DNA of 64,000 nt from an uncultured Rickettsiales bacterium (GCA_964450945.1 CAYVHI010000002.1:904-64903); one strand, 5' to 3'; shown: positions 20,248-29,748, counted from the stretch's first letter. Notes: generated from the sequence alone by a model not told the origin. A program made the numbers and translations.

Positions 20248-21234
20248 ATGATTGTTGTAACTGGTGGGGCAGGATTCATAGGCTCCAATCTTATAGCGGC
20301 GCTTTTAGGGCGCAAATATCACGAGATCGTGGTTGTTGATGAATTCGGCAGCGAAAATAAATGGAAGAACCTTGCCAAACACGAAGTGGCTGAAGTGGTG
20401 GTGCCGGGAGATCTTTTTAACTGGCTTAACAAAAACAAATCATCTGTCGAGATCATATTTCATATAGGTGCCATTGCATCCACCACCGAAGTTGATGTTG
20501 ACCTTATAATACGCAATAACTTCGTTCTCTCCGCCAACCTGTGGGATTGGTGCAGTGAAAATCAGGTGCGGTTTGTCTATGCCTCATCATATGCCACCTT
20601 TGGTGATGGCGCTCAAGGATTTGAAGACGATAATACACTTGAATATCTTTCTAAGTTACGCCCCCTAAACCCTTATGGCTGGGGAAAAAACCTTTTCGAT
20701 ATGCGGGTTGCCCGTGCCGTTGCGCAGAAAAAGAAACTGCCGCCGCAATGGGCCGGCATGAAATATTTTAACGTATACGGACCAAATGAATATCATAAGG
20801 GAACTCAGAAAAGCGTACTATGCCAGATGTATCCACACGCGGCAAAGAGCCTTCCGGTGCGTTTATTCAAATCAGAAAACCCGAAATATAAAGATGGCGA
20901 GCAACTGCGCGATTTCGTTTATGTGAAAGATTGCAACAAGGTGGCCCTCTGGCTTTATGATAACCCAAAAATAAATGGACTGTTTAACGTAGGCAGCGGA
21001 AAAGCCAGAACCTATATTGATCTTGCGGACGCCATGTTCAAGGGCCTCGGCAAAAAAACAAGGCTTGAATACGTTGATATGCCTGCAGGCGTAAAAGATA
21101 AATTCCAGTATTTCACCGAAGCATCGCTTACAAAACTCAGGGCTGCAGGATATACTGAAGCATTTACATCACTTGAAGATGGTGTTGCGGATTACGTAAA
21201 GAATTATTTAAGCGCAGCAGACCAATTTATATAA
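20248..21234 (+). CDS. hldD: ADP-L-glycero-D-manno-heptose 6-epimerase
   Basis: 328 aa. MIVVTGGAGFIGSN, YFNVYGPNEYHKG, RDFVYVKD and a LRAAGY tail match E. coli HldD as I recall it. Confidence 0.88.
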   Translation: MIVVTGGAGFIGSNLIAALLGRKYHEIVVVDEFGSENKWKNLAKHEVAEVVVPGDLFNWLNKNKSSVEIIFHIGAIASTTEVDVDLIIRNNFVLSANLWDWCSENQVRFVYASSYATFGDGAQGFEDDNTLEYLSKLRPLNPYGWGKNLFDMRVARAVAQKKKLPPQWAGMKYFNVYGPNEYHKGTQKSVLCQMYPHAAKSLPVRLFKSENPKYKDGEQLRDFVYVKDCNKVALWLYDNPKINGLFNVGSGKARTYIDLADAMFKGLGKKTRLEYVDMPAGVKDKFQYFTEASLTKLRAAGYTEAFTSLEDGVADYVKNYLSAADQFI

Positions 21235-22038
21235 ATGTTTACACTTATATTTCCAAATATAGACCCAGTACTGGTAGAGTTTGGGCCATTGCCGATCAGG
21301 TGGTATTCCCTTGCCTACATTTTTGGAATACTGCTAGGCTGGTTATATCTTGCTAGGCTAAATAAAAAAGAAACCCCCCATCTATTAACTAAAAAAGCTA
21401 TGGATGACATAATCCTTTGGGCGGTGCTTGGGATTATACTGGGTGGCAGGCTTGGATATATATTGTTTTATAACACATTTTATTATCTGCAGAATCCTCT
21501 TGAGGTTGCCATGGTATGGCATGGCGGGATGTCATTCCACGGCGGCCTTGCCGGAATGATAATCTCAATGATTTTATTCTGCCGGAAATTCAAGATTAAA
21601 TTTTTTGCACTTTCTGACCTGGTTGCGTGCGTAACGCCCATAGGGTTGTTTTTGGGAAGGCTTGCCAATTTTATCAATGGTGAATTATTCGGCAGAGTAA
21701 CAAATGCATATATAGGAATGGTGTTTCCAGAAGGCGGTGATTCCCCGCGCCACCCGAGCCAGCTCTATGAAGCATTCCTGGAAGGTATAGTACTATTCTT
21801 TGTATTATTTTATCTTGTATATTTTACCAATGCCCGCCAGAAAACCGGAACCCTTTCCGGAGTTTTTCTTGTTTTATACGGAGTATTCAGGATTTTTGTT
21901 GAATTCTTCCGGGAGCCTGACCAGCAGCTTGGGTTCCTTGCCATAGGTGTTACCATGGGGCAGATACTTTCTATACCCATGATTATTTGTGGCGCATATT
22001 TCATCTACAGAGCAAGAAGAAAGGCGGATGCTTCTTGA
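21235..22038 (+). CDS. lgt: Prolipoprotein diacylglyceryl transferase
   Basis: 267 aa. WHGGMSFHGG, GRLANFINGEL, PSQLYE motifs. Confidence 0.92.
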   Translation: MFTLIFPNIDPVLVEFGPLPIRWYSLAYIFGILLGWLYLARLNKKETPHLLTKKAMDDIILWAVLGIILGGRLGYILFYNTFYYLQNPLEVAMVWHGGMSFHGGLAGMIISMILFCRKFKIKFFALSDLVACVTPIGLFLGRLANFINGELFGRVTNAYIGMVFPEGGDSPRHPSQLYEAFLEGIVLFFVLFYLVYFTNARQKTGTLSGVFLVLYGVFRIFVEFFREPDQQLGFLAIGVTMGQILSIPMIICGAYFIYRARRKADAS

Positions 22039-23086
22039 AACAATCATAAAGAAGAAAATAACCAGGGATGGTTACCTGACAGTTGCGGATTATATGGCGC
22101 TTGCCCTAGGCCATCCTGAGCATGGCTATTACATGAAAAAGGATCCTTTTGGCGTAAAGGGTGATTTCATAACCGCGCCGGAAATAAGCCAGATGTTTGG
22201 AGAAATGATCGGCGTATGGGCAGTTCAGGCATGGGAAAGAATAGGTTATCCAGCAAAGTTTGCTTTGGTTGAACTGGGGCCGGGAAGAGGAACCTTAATG
22301 TCTGACCTTCTTCGTGCCACTGCAAAAGTAAAATCTCCAAACGGTAAAAGTTTTCATGAATCAATAAATATACATCTTGTTGAGACAAGCCCTTCCCTGA
22401 AAGCCATTCAGAAAGAAAAATTATCATCCTATGAAATCACCTGGCATGATGATTTAAAAGATATTCCTGATATCCCGGCAATCTTTATGGCTAATGAATT
22501 CTTTGATGCATTGCCCATACACCAGTTTGTTAAAACACTGGAAGCCTGGCGGGAAAGAGTGGCAACAATTAAGGATGAAAAATTAATCTTCAAGGAATTA
22601 GAGGAAGAGGGTATGCATGATGATTTAGTGCCGCGCCACCTGAATGACAAAGTTGTTGGCAGCATATATGAATGCTCCCCCGCTTCAGTTATGGTGATGA
22701 CGGAAATAGCAAGGCGCATAGAAAAATATAATGGGGCCGCACTTGTAATTGATTATGGATACATCCACAGCGGTTTCAGAGATACCCTCCAGGCAGTAAA
22801 AAACCATAATTATTCTTCTGTACTTGAAGAGCCAGGAAACGCAGATATCACAGCACATGTTGACTTCAGTATGCTAGAGAAGACAGCTGAGAATATGGGT
22901 GTAAAGCAATGTGAAATAACTACGCAGAAAGAATTTCTTGAAATGATGGGAATAGGATTAAGAGCAAAATTATTAATTCAAAGCTCGCCCACAAAGAAAA
23001 ATGAAATCGAAAGTGCCCTAGAAAGATTGACAGGTCACAACCAGATGGGAACTTTATTCAAGGTCATGGCACTTTACAGTGCCTAG
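22028..23086 (+). CDS. SAM-dependent methyltransferase, NDUFAF7/MidA (DUF185) family
   Basis: Start placed at MLLETIIKK; the track ORF starts at 21989, inside lgt. DFITAPEISQMFGE and ELGPGRGTL motifs. Confidence 0.8.
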   Translation: MLLETIIKKKITRDGYLTVADYMALALGHPEHGYYMKKDPFGVKGDFITAPEISQMFGEMIGVWAVQAWERIGYPAKFALVELGPGRGTLMSDLLRATAKVKSPNGKSFHESINIHLVETSPSLKAIQKEKLSSYEITWHDDLKDIPDIPAIFMANEFFDALPIHQFVKTLEAWRERVATIKDEKLIFKELEEEGMHDDLVPRHLNDKVVGSIYECSPASVMVMTEIARRIEKYNGAALVIDYGYIHSGFRDTLQAVKNHNYSSVLEEPGNADITAHVDFSMLEKTAENMGVKQCEITTQKEFLEMMGIGLRAKLLIQSSPTKKNEIESALERLTGHNQMGTLFKVMALYSA

Positions 23087-23155
23087 GATTAACAAAGTTT
23101 ATCCTGTTGATAGAATAAAACCATGTGTTAATATTTATAGTCGAGAGGGTTTGTT

Positions 23156-23473
23156 ATGAAAAAACTTTTGTTGGTTCCAATGTTTCTAACTTTATTCAGT
23201 CTTGCAATCGTAGTTGCAGGTGAAATAAAAAAGGAGGAAGCGCCAGTTGATCCTCAGAACCAAGCACAGGATGCAGCAACCTCTGGGCAGCCAGCAGAAA
23301 AGGCGGGTGAAGAAAAACAAGATGATGATTTAAGCGGTGGAGTTGCCCTCCCTGATGGTATAAAAATTCCAGATGGCGTTTCTTTAACTGATGAAAGTGA
23401 AGAAGAATCGGGTAAAGAGGAGCAGAAAAATCAAGGCTCTGAATCAGTAGAAAAAACAAAGATAATAAATTAA
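23156..23473 (+). CDS. Hypothetical acidic secreted protein
   Basis: 105 aa with a signal peptide and then an E/D/Q-rich low-complexity region. No family recognised. Confidence 0.5.
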   Translation: MKKLLLVPMFLTLFSLAIVVAGEIKKEEAPVDPQNQAQDAATSGQPAEKAGEEKQDDDLSGGVALPDGIKIPDGVSLTDESEEESGKEEQKNQGSESVEKTKIIN

Positions 23474-23525
23474 TTATATAGGCTATTGACTTTAAACCAG
23501 CCCATGGTAGATTCTGATATCAATT

Positions 23526-23544
23526 AATAATGATTCTCATTTAC
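23526..23544. promoter_or_regulatory. Fur-box-like site upstream of cupredoxin/FTR1 operon
   Basis: AATAATGATTCTCATTTAC matches 14 of 19 positions of the consensus GATAATGATAATCATTATC. It lies 17 nt upstream of the ATG at 23561. Confidence 0.45.
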
Positions 23545-23560
23545 AACTAAAGGATATTTT

Positions 23561-23893
23561 ATGAAAAGATTGTTTTTATTTTCTGCAATAGCTGTTCTAG
23601 CTTCTGTAACCCCAGCAATGGCAGATGATGCCAAAGTTTTTGAAATAGTAATCAAAGACCATAAATTTGAGCCTGCAAGGATTGAAGTTCCAGCAGATGA
23701 AAAATTCAAATTACTGGTAAAAAATAAAGATACTACAGCTGAAGAATTTGAAAGCCATGACTTTAAAAGGGAAAAGGTTATATCCGGCGGGGAAGAAAGA
23801 ACAATCTCTGTTGGCCCACTGAAACCAGGCGAATATAAATTCTATGGTGAATTCAACCCGAAGACAGCGCAAGGTGTTCTGGTAGCAAAATAA
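23561..23893 (+). CDS. Periplasmic cupredoxin-like protein (FtrB/EfeO-N-like), no Cys in mature part
   Basis: 110 aa. Signal peptide (..TPAMA) and a beta-rich ~85-aa domain ending GEYKFYGEFNP. Immediately upstream of the FTR1 permease. Confidence 0.6.
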   Translation: MKRLFLFSAIAVLASVTPAMADDAKVFEIVIKDHKFEPARIEVPADEKFKLLVKNKDTTAEEFESHDFKREKVISGGEERTISVGPLKPGEYKFYGEFNPKTAQGVLVAK

Positions 23894-23894
23894 A

Positions 23895-24716
23895 ATGCTC
23901 TCTTCAGCTATTATTGTATTCCGCGAAGTATTGGAAATTGCACTCATATTGACTGTCATAATGGTTGCAACAAGGCAGTTACGTGAGCGCAATTTACTTG
24001 TCTTGCTTGGTCTTGCTGCTGGCACCATAGGTTCTATTATAATAGCTTTTTTTACTGATACGATTTCAGAATCCTTTGAAGGTTCCGGACAGGAGATATT
24101 CAATGCGGGCATACTTTTCTTTGCCGTACTGGTACTTGGCTGGACAGTTGTGTGGATGAAGAAGCACGGCAGGGAAATCATGCAGCATGCCAAGCATGTT
24201 GGTGAGAAGGTGATGCAGGGCATTATGCCACTTTACAGTGTTTCTGTTGTTATTGCTCTTTCAACACTTCGCGAAGGTGCAGAAATAGTTTTGTTCTCTT
24301 ATGGCCTGCTTGCATCTGGAAAAGAAACGCTTCTTTCAGTTACTATGGGTGGCTTGATAGGTTTTGCCGGTGGCACTGTTATAGGAACATTGTTCTATTT
24401 TGGCATGCTGAGGATTTCACCAAAACATTTATTCGGGGTTACCAGCTGGCTGCTTACCTTCCTTGCGGCAGGAATGGCGGCTCAGGGGGCTGGCTATCTA
24501 ATTGCAGCAGATGTTATCCCGGCGCTTATTGACCCTGTATGGGATACTTCCTGGATCCTGCCAGAAGAAAATATTGTTGGAAAGATTCTGCATTCTTTGA
24601 TTGGTTATACCGATAGGCCTTCTGGCTCACAGCTTATATTTTATGTGGTTACTTTCATTGTCATAGGAACTTTCCTGGTTTATCTTGAAAAAAAATCGGC
24701 CAGGAAGAAACGCTAA
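23895..24716 (+). CDS. FTR1-family high-affinity iron permease
   Basis: 273 aa, seven TMs, two REXXE motifs (REVLE, REGAE). Confidence 0.85.
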   Translation: MLSSAIIVFREVLEIALILTVIMVATRQLRERNLLVLLGLAAGTIGSIIIAFFTDTISESFEGSGQEIFNAGILFFAVLVLGWTVVWMKKHGREIMQHAKHVGEKVMQGIMPLYSVSVVIALSTLREGAEIVLFSYGLLASGKETLLSVTMGGLIGFAGGTVIGTLFYFGMLRISPKHLFGVTSWLLTFLAAGMAAQGAGYLIAADVIPALIDPVWDTSWILPEENIVGKILHSLIGYTDRPSGSQLIFYVVTFIVIGTFLVYLEKKSARKKR

Positions 24717-25885
24717 TACTTCATAATTTTTAGGATATTTAAACTGAAGGCTTTTATTGCCGGGATTAGTGCTGTCATAAGGCCAATCACAAAAGTTATT
24801 AAAACTATATAAAATTCAGCCCAAACAAAAACAAATCCTGAAAATGACAGGTTATAATTATATTCAGTCCATATTCCTATAATATGTACGGCGACATGCG
24901 CCAGTATAAGGCCGGCAGCACAGCCTAAAAAACAAATAATACCGGATTCAATAAAAGGCAACGCAGCAACTTTCAACCTTGAACTGCCAAGCGCGAGCAT
25001 AAGCGCCAGATCGTATCTGCGCTCCTTCAGTAAAAAGCAGAAGGATAAAAAAATGTTAGCAAAAGCAAGCCCAATAAAAAGAAAGGAAACTCCAATTATG
25101 GCATATTTCCACTTTCCAATAATATTCAACAGGTGTTTAGCCTCATTATCGGGATAGACAATTTGAAAATTTGGATTTTTATTAAACTGTGGCTCTATTA
25201 TTGATGATGCTTTGGGAACTAGATATATCAGCATTGCTGCCGTAATTTTCCCATACATTTCTTTATGGATGTTATGAACGGAATCAATGGTTACCAGAAT
25301 AACATCATCAATGGCTGTATTTTTCTTGTTCATTATGCCAATAACGCGGTATGGGAATTCTGCATGCTCTTCCTTGCTTTTACTTAACCCATGTGAACTT
25401 ATAAAACTATCGCCTACCTTGAGGCCAGTTCTCTTTGCCACATTAAATCCTATCAGTGCGGTGTTTAACTTATCAGGGAAATGAGCGGTCTCAACACTGT
25501 AAGACCCAAAACGTATCAGGTAATTTATATTTGTCCCTACTATCCTGAACCCTTCATAGTTATCGCCAAGGATAATAGGGATTACATCAGACAATAGCCC
25601 TTTTGAATTCTGATCAATAATGGCTGCCAGTTCATTTATATCAAAATTTCCTGACGGGATTACTGTATTCAGAACTGTTGATGAAAATATTTGAGCCGGA
25701 TCGCCTTTTGCACCAATTATCAAATCAACACCAGCAATACTCCTTTTCATTCTTTCTTCAAACTGGGAAGAAACAATAAGTATTGAAACGGCTGTAGCGA
25801 TACCAATAGCCATTAGTATAACGCTAATCGCCGTACGATAAGAAGTGTGTAATAAATATTTTGTGCTGAGTTTTAATATGTTCAT
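24713..25885 (-). CDS. ABC transporter permease, FtsX/MacB-like
   Basis: 390 aa. TM1, a large periplasmic domain, and three C-terminal TMs (FtsX fold). Confidence 0.8.
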   Translation of the reverse strand: MNILKLSTKYLLHTSYRTAISVILMAIGIATAVSILIVSSQFEERMKRSIAGVDLIIGAKGDPAQIFSSTVLNTVIPSGNFDINELAAIIDQNSKGLLSDVIPIILGDNYEGFRIVGTNINYLIRFGSYSVETAHFPDKLNTALIGFNVAKRTGLKVGDSFISSHGLSKSKEEHAEFPYRVIGIMNKKNTAIDDVILVTIDSVHNIHKEMYGKITAAMLIYLVPKASSIIEPQFNKNPNFQIVYPDNEAKHLLNIIGKWKYAIIGVSFLFIGLAFANIFLSFCFLLKERRYDLALMLALGSSRLKVAALPFIESGIICFLGCAAGLILAHVAVHIIGIWTEYNYNLSFSGFVFVWAEFYIVLITFVIGLMTALIPAIKAFSLNILKIMKY

Positions 25886-26520
25886 GTTTTCTTATTTAAA
25901 CTCAATGCATTATCGAAGAATTTTTTTATTTTTTTATCTTTGCTTGCGATAACCAGGGAAGCGCCATCCTCTTTCACCATCTCAATTAATAGTTCAAGAA
26001 TTTTTTTGCTGCTTTCTTCATCAAGGCCAAATGCCGGCTCATCTGCGAGCACAATTTTGGGATTATTTATCAGGGCGCGCGCAAGAGCAACGCTTTGTAC
26101 TTCTAAAAGGTTTAGTTTATTCGGCATAAAATCTTTTTTATGCTTCAATCCTATTCTTTCCAATTTTCTTAATGCTGCTACTCTGCTTACCGGTAACCCA
26201 GCCAGGTACTGAGCAAGAGTTATATTTTCAATTACTGAAAGTGAGGGTGCCAGATGGGTTCTCTGAAATATAATACCAATATTCCTGCTACGGAACTCAC
26301 TTTTCTCTTTTTCAGATAATGCGTGTAAATCCAGTTCGTCTATGACTATGCTTCCTTTTTCCGGTTTCAGCAAGCCGGAAATTAGGCTTAGCAGCGTTGT
26401 TTTGCCGCTATCCGCATTTCCGGTGATTATAAGATGCTTACCTTTTTTTAAATTAAGGATGGGAATATTTATTATATTTTTCCCGTCAATACTGTAGTTG
26501 AGTTCTTTTATCTTTAGCAT
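25882..26520 (-). CDS. ABC transporter ATP-binding protein with degenerate signature and H-loop motifs
   Basis: 212 aa. Walker A GNADSGKTT, Q-loop IFQ and Walker B IVLADEP are present. LSGGQ reads LNLLE and the H-loop TH(D) reads SK(D). Confidence 0.8.
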   Translation of the reverse strand: MLKIKELNYSIDGKNIINIPILNLKKGKHLIITGNADSGKTTLLSLISGLLKPEKGSIVIDELDLHALSEKEKSEFRSRNIGIIFQRTHLAPSLSVIENITLAQYLAGLPVSRVAALRKLERIGLKHKKDFMPNKLNLLEVQSVALARALINNPKIVLADEPAFGLDEESSKKILELLIEMVKEDGASLVIASKDKKIKKFFDNALSLNKKT

Positions 26521-26539
26521 TTTAAAGGCTTATACATTC

Positions 26540-26568
26540 TTGACAATACATCATCAACAAAATTTAAA
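26540..26568 (+). promoter_or_regulatory. Possible sigma70-type promoter for corA
   Basis: TTGACA (26540-26545), 17-nt spacer, TTTAAA (26563-26568). The -10 is weak. Confidence 0.25.
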
Positions 26569-26631
26569 GGTTGCCCAAAATAATTTTTTGGTGTTTTACT
26601 CTCTGCGTAATATGATTATAGTATCTAGTTT

Positions 26632-27621
26632 ATGATAGTAATTTACTCACTTGTTGATGGTCAGCTGGAAGTAACACGCAACTTCCAGGGGGAAGCCATA
26701 CCCCAGGATTGTGTATGGATAGATCTTGTTGACCCAAGCACCGAAGAAGAATTGTTTGTTGAAAAACAACTCAATGTAAATGCTCCTACCAGGCAGGAAA
26801 TGAAGAAAATCGAAGTTATGAGCAAATCATATCAGGAAGGCGATGCCACCTATATGACAGCGAGCATACTGAAATTTTTTGAAAAACAGCACGCGGAGAC
26901 CGATGCCATAACTTTCATACTAACCAAAGGGCATCTGGTAACGCTACGTTATTCTAACCCGAAATCTTTTGCGCTGTTTGCCGATTTTGCCAAAGCACAC
27001 CCATATGTTTGCATATCAAGCGATACGGTTTTTGAAGGCTTGCTTGAATCAGTCATTAATCGCCTTGCTGACATTCTTGAACATCTGGGCGAAGAAGTTA
27101 ACAAAATATCTGCCAATATATTCGGCTATAAAGAAAGCCCGGAAGAAGCGAAAATGGATTTCTCTTCAGGCGAACTGAATAAATTCCTGCAGGAAATTGG
27201 ACGGGCAGGTGACCTCGCTTCTAAAATACGTGAGAGCTTGTTGAGCGTTGACCGCGTGCTAATATTCCATAACCATATTTGTGAGGGCAGGGTGGCAAAG
27301 GAAAACGTGGTAAAAATTAAAACCATGCGTACGGATATCCATGCCCTTAGCGAGCAGGCATCTTTCCTTTCCAGTGAAGTTACTTTCCTGCTGGATGCAA
27401 CGCTTGGTATGATCAATATCCAGCAGAACAATATTATTAAAATATTCTCAATAGCGGCGGTGATGTTGATGCCTCCGACGTTGGTTGCAAGCATTTACGG
27501 CATGAACTTCCATAAAATGCCGGAGCTTGATTTTGCCTATGGCTACCCACTTGCTATATTATTGATGCTGATTTCTGCTTTTATTCCTTATCGCTTATTT
27601 AAAAAGAAAGGTTGGTTATAA
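26632..27621 (+). CDS. corA: Magnesium/cobalt transporter CorA
   Basis: 329 aa. YGMNF motif before the last TM. Confidence 0.9.
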   Translation: MIVIYSLVDGQLEVTRNFQGEAIPQDCVWIDLVDPSTEEELFVEKQLNVNAPTRQEMKKIEVMSKSYQEGDATYMTASILKFFEKQHAETDAITFILTKGHLVTLRYSNPKSFALFADFAKAHPYVCISSDTVFEGLLESVINRLADILEHLGEEVNKISANIFGYKESPEEAKMDFSSGELNKFLQEIGRAGDLASKIRESLLSVDRVLIFHNHICEGRVAKENVVKIKTMRTDIHALSEQASFLSSEVTFLLDATLGMINIQQNNIIKIFSIAAVMLMPPTLVASIYGMNFHKMPELDFAYGYPLAILLMLISAFIPYRLFKKKGWL

Positions 27622-27631
27622 CCTGCAAAAC

Positions 27632-27659
27632 TTGACAGGTAACCTAGTTTTCCTATAAA
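27632..27659 (+). promoter_or_regulatory. Sigma70-type promoter directly abutting trhO start
   Basis: TTGACA (27632-27637), 16-nt spacer, TATAAA (27654-27659). The ATG is at 27668, 8 nt after the -10, and no SD is visible. Confidence 0.4.
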
Positions 27660-27667
27660 AACCGCGC

Positions 27668-28498
27668 ATGGAAAGCAATATTGTAATAGCCACTTTCTAT
27701 CACTTTTTCCCATTCCCGGATTTCAAAGAGAAACAGCCGGAATGGCTTTCTTTCTGTAAGAAACATTCGCTTAAGGGAACAATCCTTATCGCCAGTGAGG
27801 GCATTAACTCCACTATTTCGGGAACCCGTGAGAATATTGATAAATTAATGGGTTACTTGAAAAGTGACCACCGGATTTCAGGGCTTGAATGGAAAGAATC
27901 TTATGCTCCGTATCAACCATTTGAACGTATGAAAGTTAGGCTTAAGGAAGAGATAGTACGTATGGGTGTCAAGGACCTGGAAAGGGAACATTATGTTGGA
28001 ACATACATAGAGCCTAAAGACTGGGATTCCTTTATTTCAAGGCCGGATGTGATAACCATAGATACCCGCAATGATTATGAAACCAAGATTGGTAAGTTCA
28101 AGGGCTCAATAGATCCAAATACCAAGACTTTCAGGCAATTTCCCCACTGGGTGAAAGGCAATATGATTGAAGTGGATAAAGCCACGCCAATAGCCATGTA
28201 TTGCACTGGCGGCATTAGATGTGAGAAATCAACGGCATATATGCGCCAATTAGGCTTCAAGAATGTTTATCACCTTAAAGGTGGTATCCTCAAATATTTT
28301 GAAGATACTGAAAATAAAGGGAAAATGTGGGATGGTGAGTGTTTTGTGTTTGATGACCGTGTAGCAGTAAATGACCGCCTGGAGCCTACACCACACACCA
28401 TTTTATGCGATTCCTGCGGCAAACCAATGTCTACAGACGATCTGCGTTTTGCACCAGAAGGTTCCATTACCTGCCCTTTGTGTGCAACAAAAGATTAA
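27668..28498 (+). CDS. trhO: Rhodanese-domain tRNA uridine(34) hydroxylase TrhO (UPF0176)
   Basis: 276 aa. CTGGIRCEKS rhodanese active site and a C-terminal Cys-rich ribbon. Confidence 0.85.
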   Translation: MESNIVIATFYHFFPFPDFKEKQPEWLSFCKKHSLKGTILIASEGINSTISGTRENIDKLMGYLKSDHRISGLEWKESYAPYQPFERMKVRLKEEIVRMGVKDLEREHYVGTYIEPKDWDSFISRPDVITIDTRNDYETKIGKFKGSIDPNTKTFRQFPHWVKGNMIEVDKATPIAMYCTGGIRCEKSTAYMRQLGFKNVYHLKGGILKYFEDTENKGKMWDGECFVFDDRVAVNDRLEPTPHTILCDSCGKPMSTDDLRFAPEGSITCPLCATKD

Positions 28499-28558
28499 TA
28501 TTATTTTTTGCATAACTGATATAAAATAAGACGTTATATTAGAAGAAGAGGGGTTTTA

Positions 28559-28909
28559 ATGCTTTTTTCGAACATATTCCGTTTCTTTAAAGAGGCAAGC
28601 AAACATGCGCCAAAAGTGCAGTCAAATTATAGGAAGATGCAGCCTTTTGATATCAGTAAAGATAAAGGTGAACATGGAATATGGTGTGGTGCTGTTTTTT
28701 CCCTAGATAAAGCTTTATTTGAAATTGAAGCCTGGTTTTCCGAAGCCAGCTCTTTCTTAAAAAAAATATTTAATTTTGAAGCAATAAAAGGTTCTGGAGT
28801 TGGCCCGCAGATATCTAACCCGGCACAGGGTGGCCCTAACCACTCTGAACTGGTAAGGCATACACTTGCATCACAAAGAGCTGCTGAACAGGCACAAAGA
28901 AACAGATAA
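28559..28909 (+). CDS. Hypothetical protein
   Basis: 116-aa ORF with no recognised motif. Its stop overlaps the next ORF's start (TAATG). Confidence 0.4.
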   Translation: MLFSNIFRFFKEASKHAPKVQSNYRKMQPFDISKDKGEHGIWCGAVFSLDKALFEIEAWFSEASSFLKKIFNFEAIKGSGVGPQISNPAQGGPNHSELVRHTLASQRAAEQAQRNR

Positions 28910-29211
28910 TGCTTTTCTCGCAATTAGAAAAACTTACAGCAAAAAAATTAGTATTCGTTAACCTTATCTATGCGCCAAACGATAAGGGAGAGGATGCCTA
29001 TTGCTTCTTTTCAGTTACCGGTGATGGTATGTTAAAACTTCACCAAGATCTTAGAAGGAAGCAATATATTGACCCGAAGGATTATGGCTACATCATAAAG
29101 GAAGGTCTTGGCTACCCGCCGCCTGAGGTGATAAAGGAAATGGAAGAAAAATATAATTACAAACACTCAGAGCATGCGCCGCTCAATACGGAAGAGGAGT
29201 CGGCTGCTTAG
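28909..29211 (+). CDS. Hypothetical protein
   Basis: 100-aa ORF translationally coupled to the upstream ORF. Both begin with MLFS. No recognised motif. Confidence 0.4.
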   Translation: MLFSQLEKLTAKKLVFVNLIYAPNDKGEDAYCFFSVTGDGMLKLHQDLRRKQYIDPKDYGYIIKEGLGYPPPEVIKEMEEKYNYKHSEHAPLNTEEESAA

Positions 29212-29666
29212 CCTCTACCTCTATAACCTTTCACATCAACTTTCGGAACCCACACATCTTTCGGTGGGTTTTTTGTTTGGTAGAATACATCAATTGGAAT
29301 TCCGCCGCGTGGATACCAGAACCCGGCAATGCGCAGCCACACCGGTTTAATTTCCTTCTCTATTCTCTTGGCTATGTAGATGGTGCAGTCTTCATGGAAT
29401 GCGCCGTGGTTCCTAAATGAATGCATGAAAAGTTTTAATGATTTGCTTTCGAGTAAAAAATCTTTTGGTATGTAATCAATCACCAGATGGGCAAAATCCG
29501 GCTGGCCGGTGAGTGGGCAGAGTGAAGTGAATTCCGGGCAGGTGAAACGTACGGCATAAGCTGTTCCCTTATGCGGATTAGGAACTTTTTCAATTTTTGC
29601 CTTTTCAGGCGTTGCCGGAATCGGGCTATTCTTACCGAGCTGTTTCAAATGTTCATATTTTGCCAT
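29208..29666 (-). CDS. queF: NADPH-dependent 7-cyano-7-deazaguanine reductase (type I)
   Basis: 152 aa. [15 protein letters not shown] motif. Confidence 0.9.
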   Translation of the reverse strand: MAKYEHLKQLGKNSPIPATPEKAKIEKVPNPHKGTAYAVRFTCPEFTSLCPLTGQPDFAHLVIDYIPKDFLLESKSLKLFMHSFRNHGAFHEDCTIYIAKRIEKEIKPVWLRIAGFWYPRGGIPIDVFYQTKNPPKDVWVPKVDVKGYRGRG

Positions 29667-29748
29667 AGGGCAGCATTTATAACAGGAAAAAGGCCGATAT
29701 AAAGTGTTTTATTGCACTTTTTGCCGCAAAACCTTATATTTTCACCCC

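Noticed and set aside
23711-24223. 170-aa minus-strand ORF.
   Set aside because: It is antisense to the cupredoxin and FTR1 genes, and the REXXE-containing plus-strand reading is clearly the real one.
29704-29748. 15-codon 5' extension of gltX ([15 protein letters not shown]).
   Set aside because: GltX homologs start at the MTVITRFAPSPTG-type N-terminus, and the extension runs into the divergent queF promoter region.
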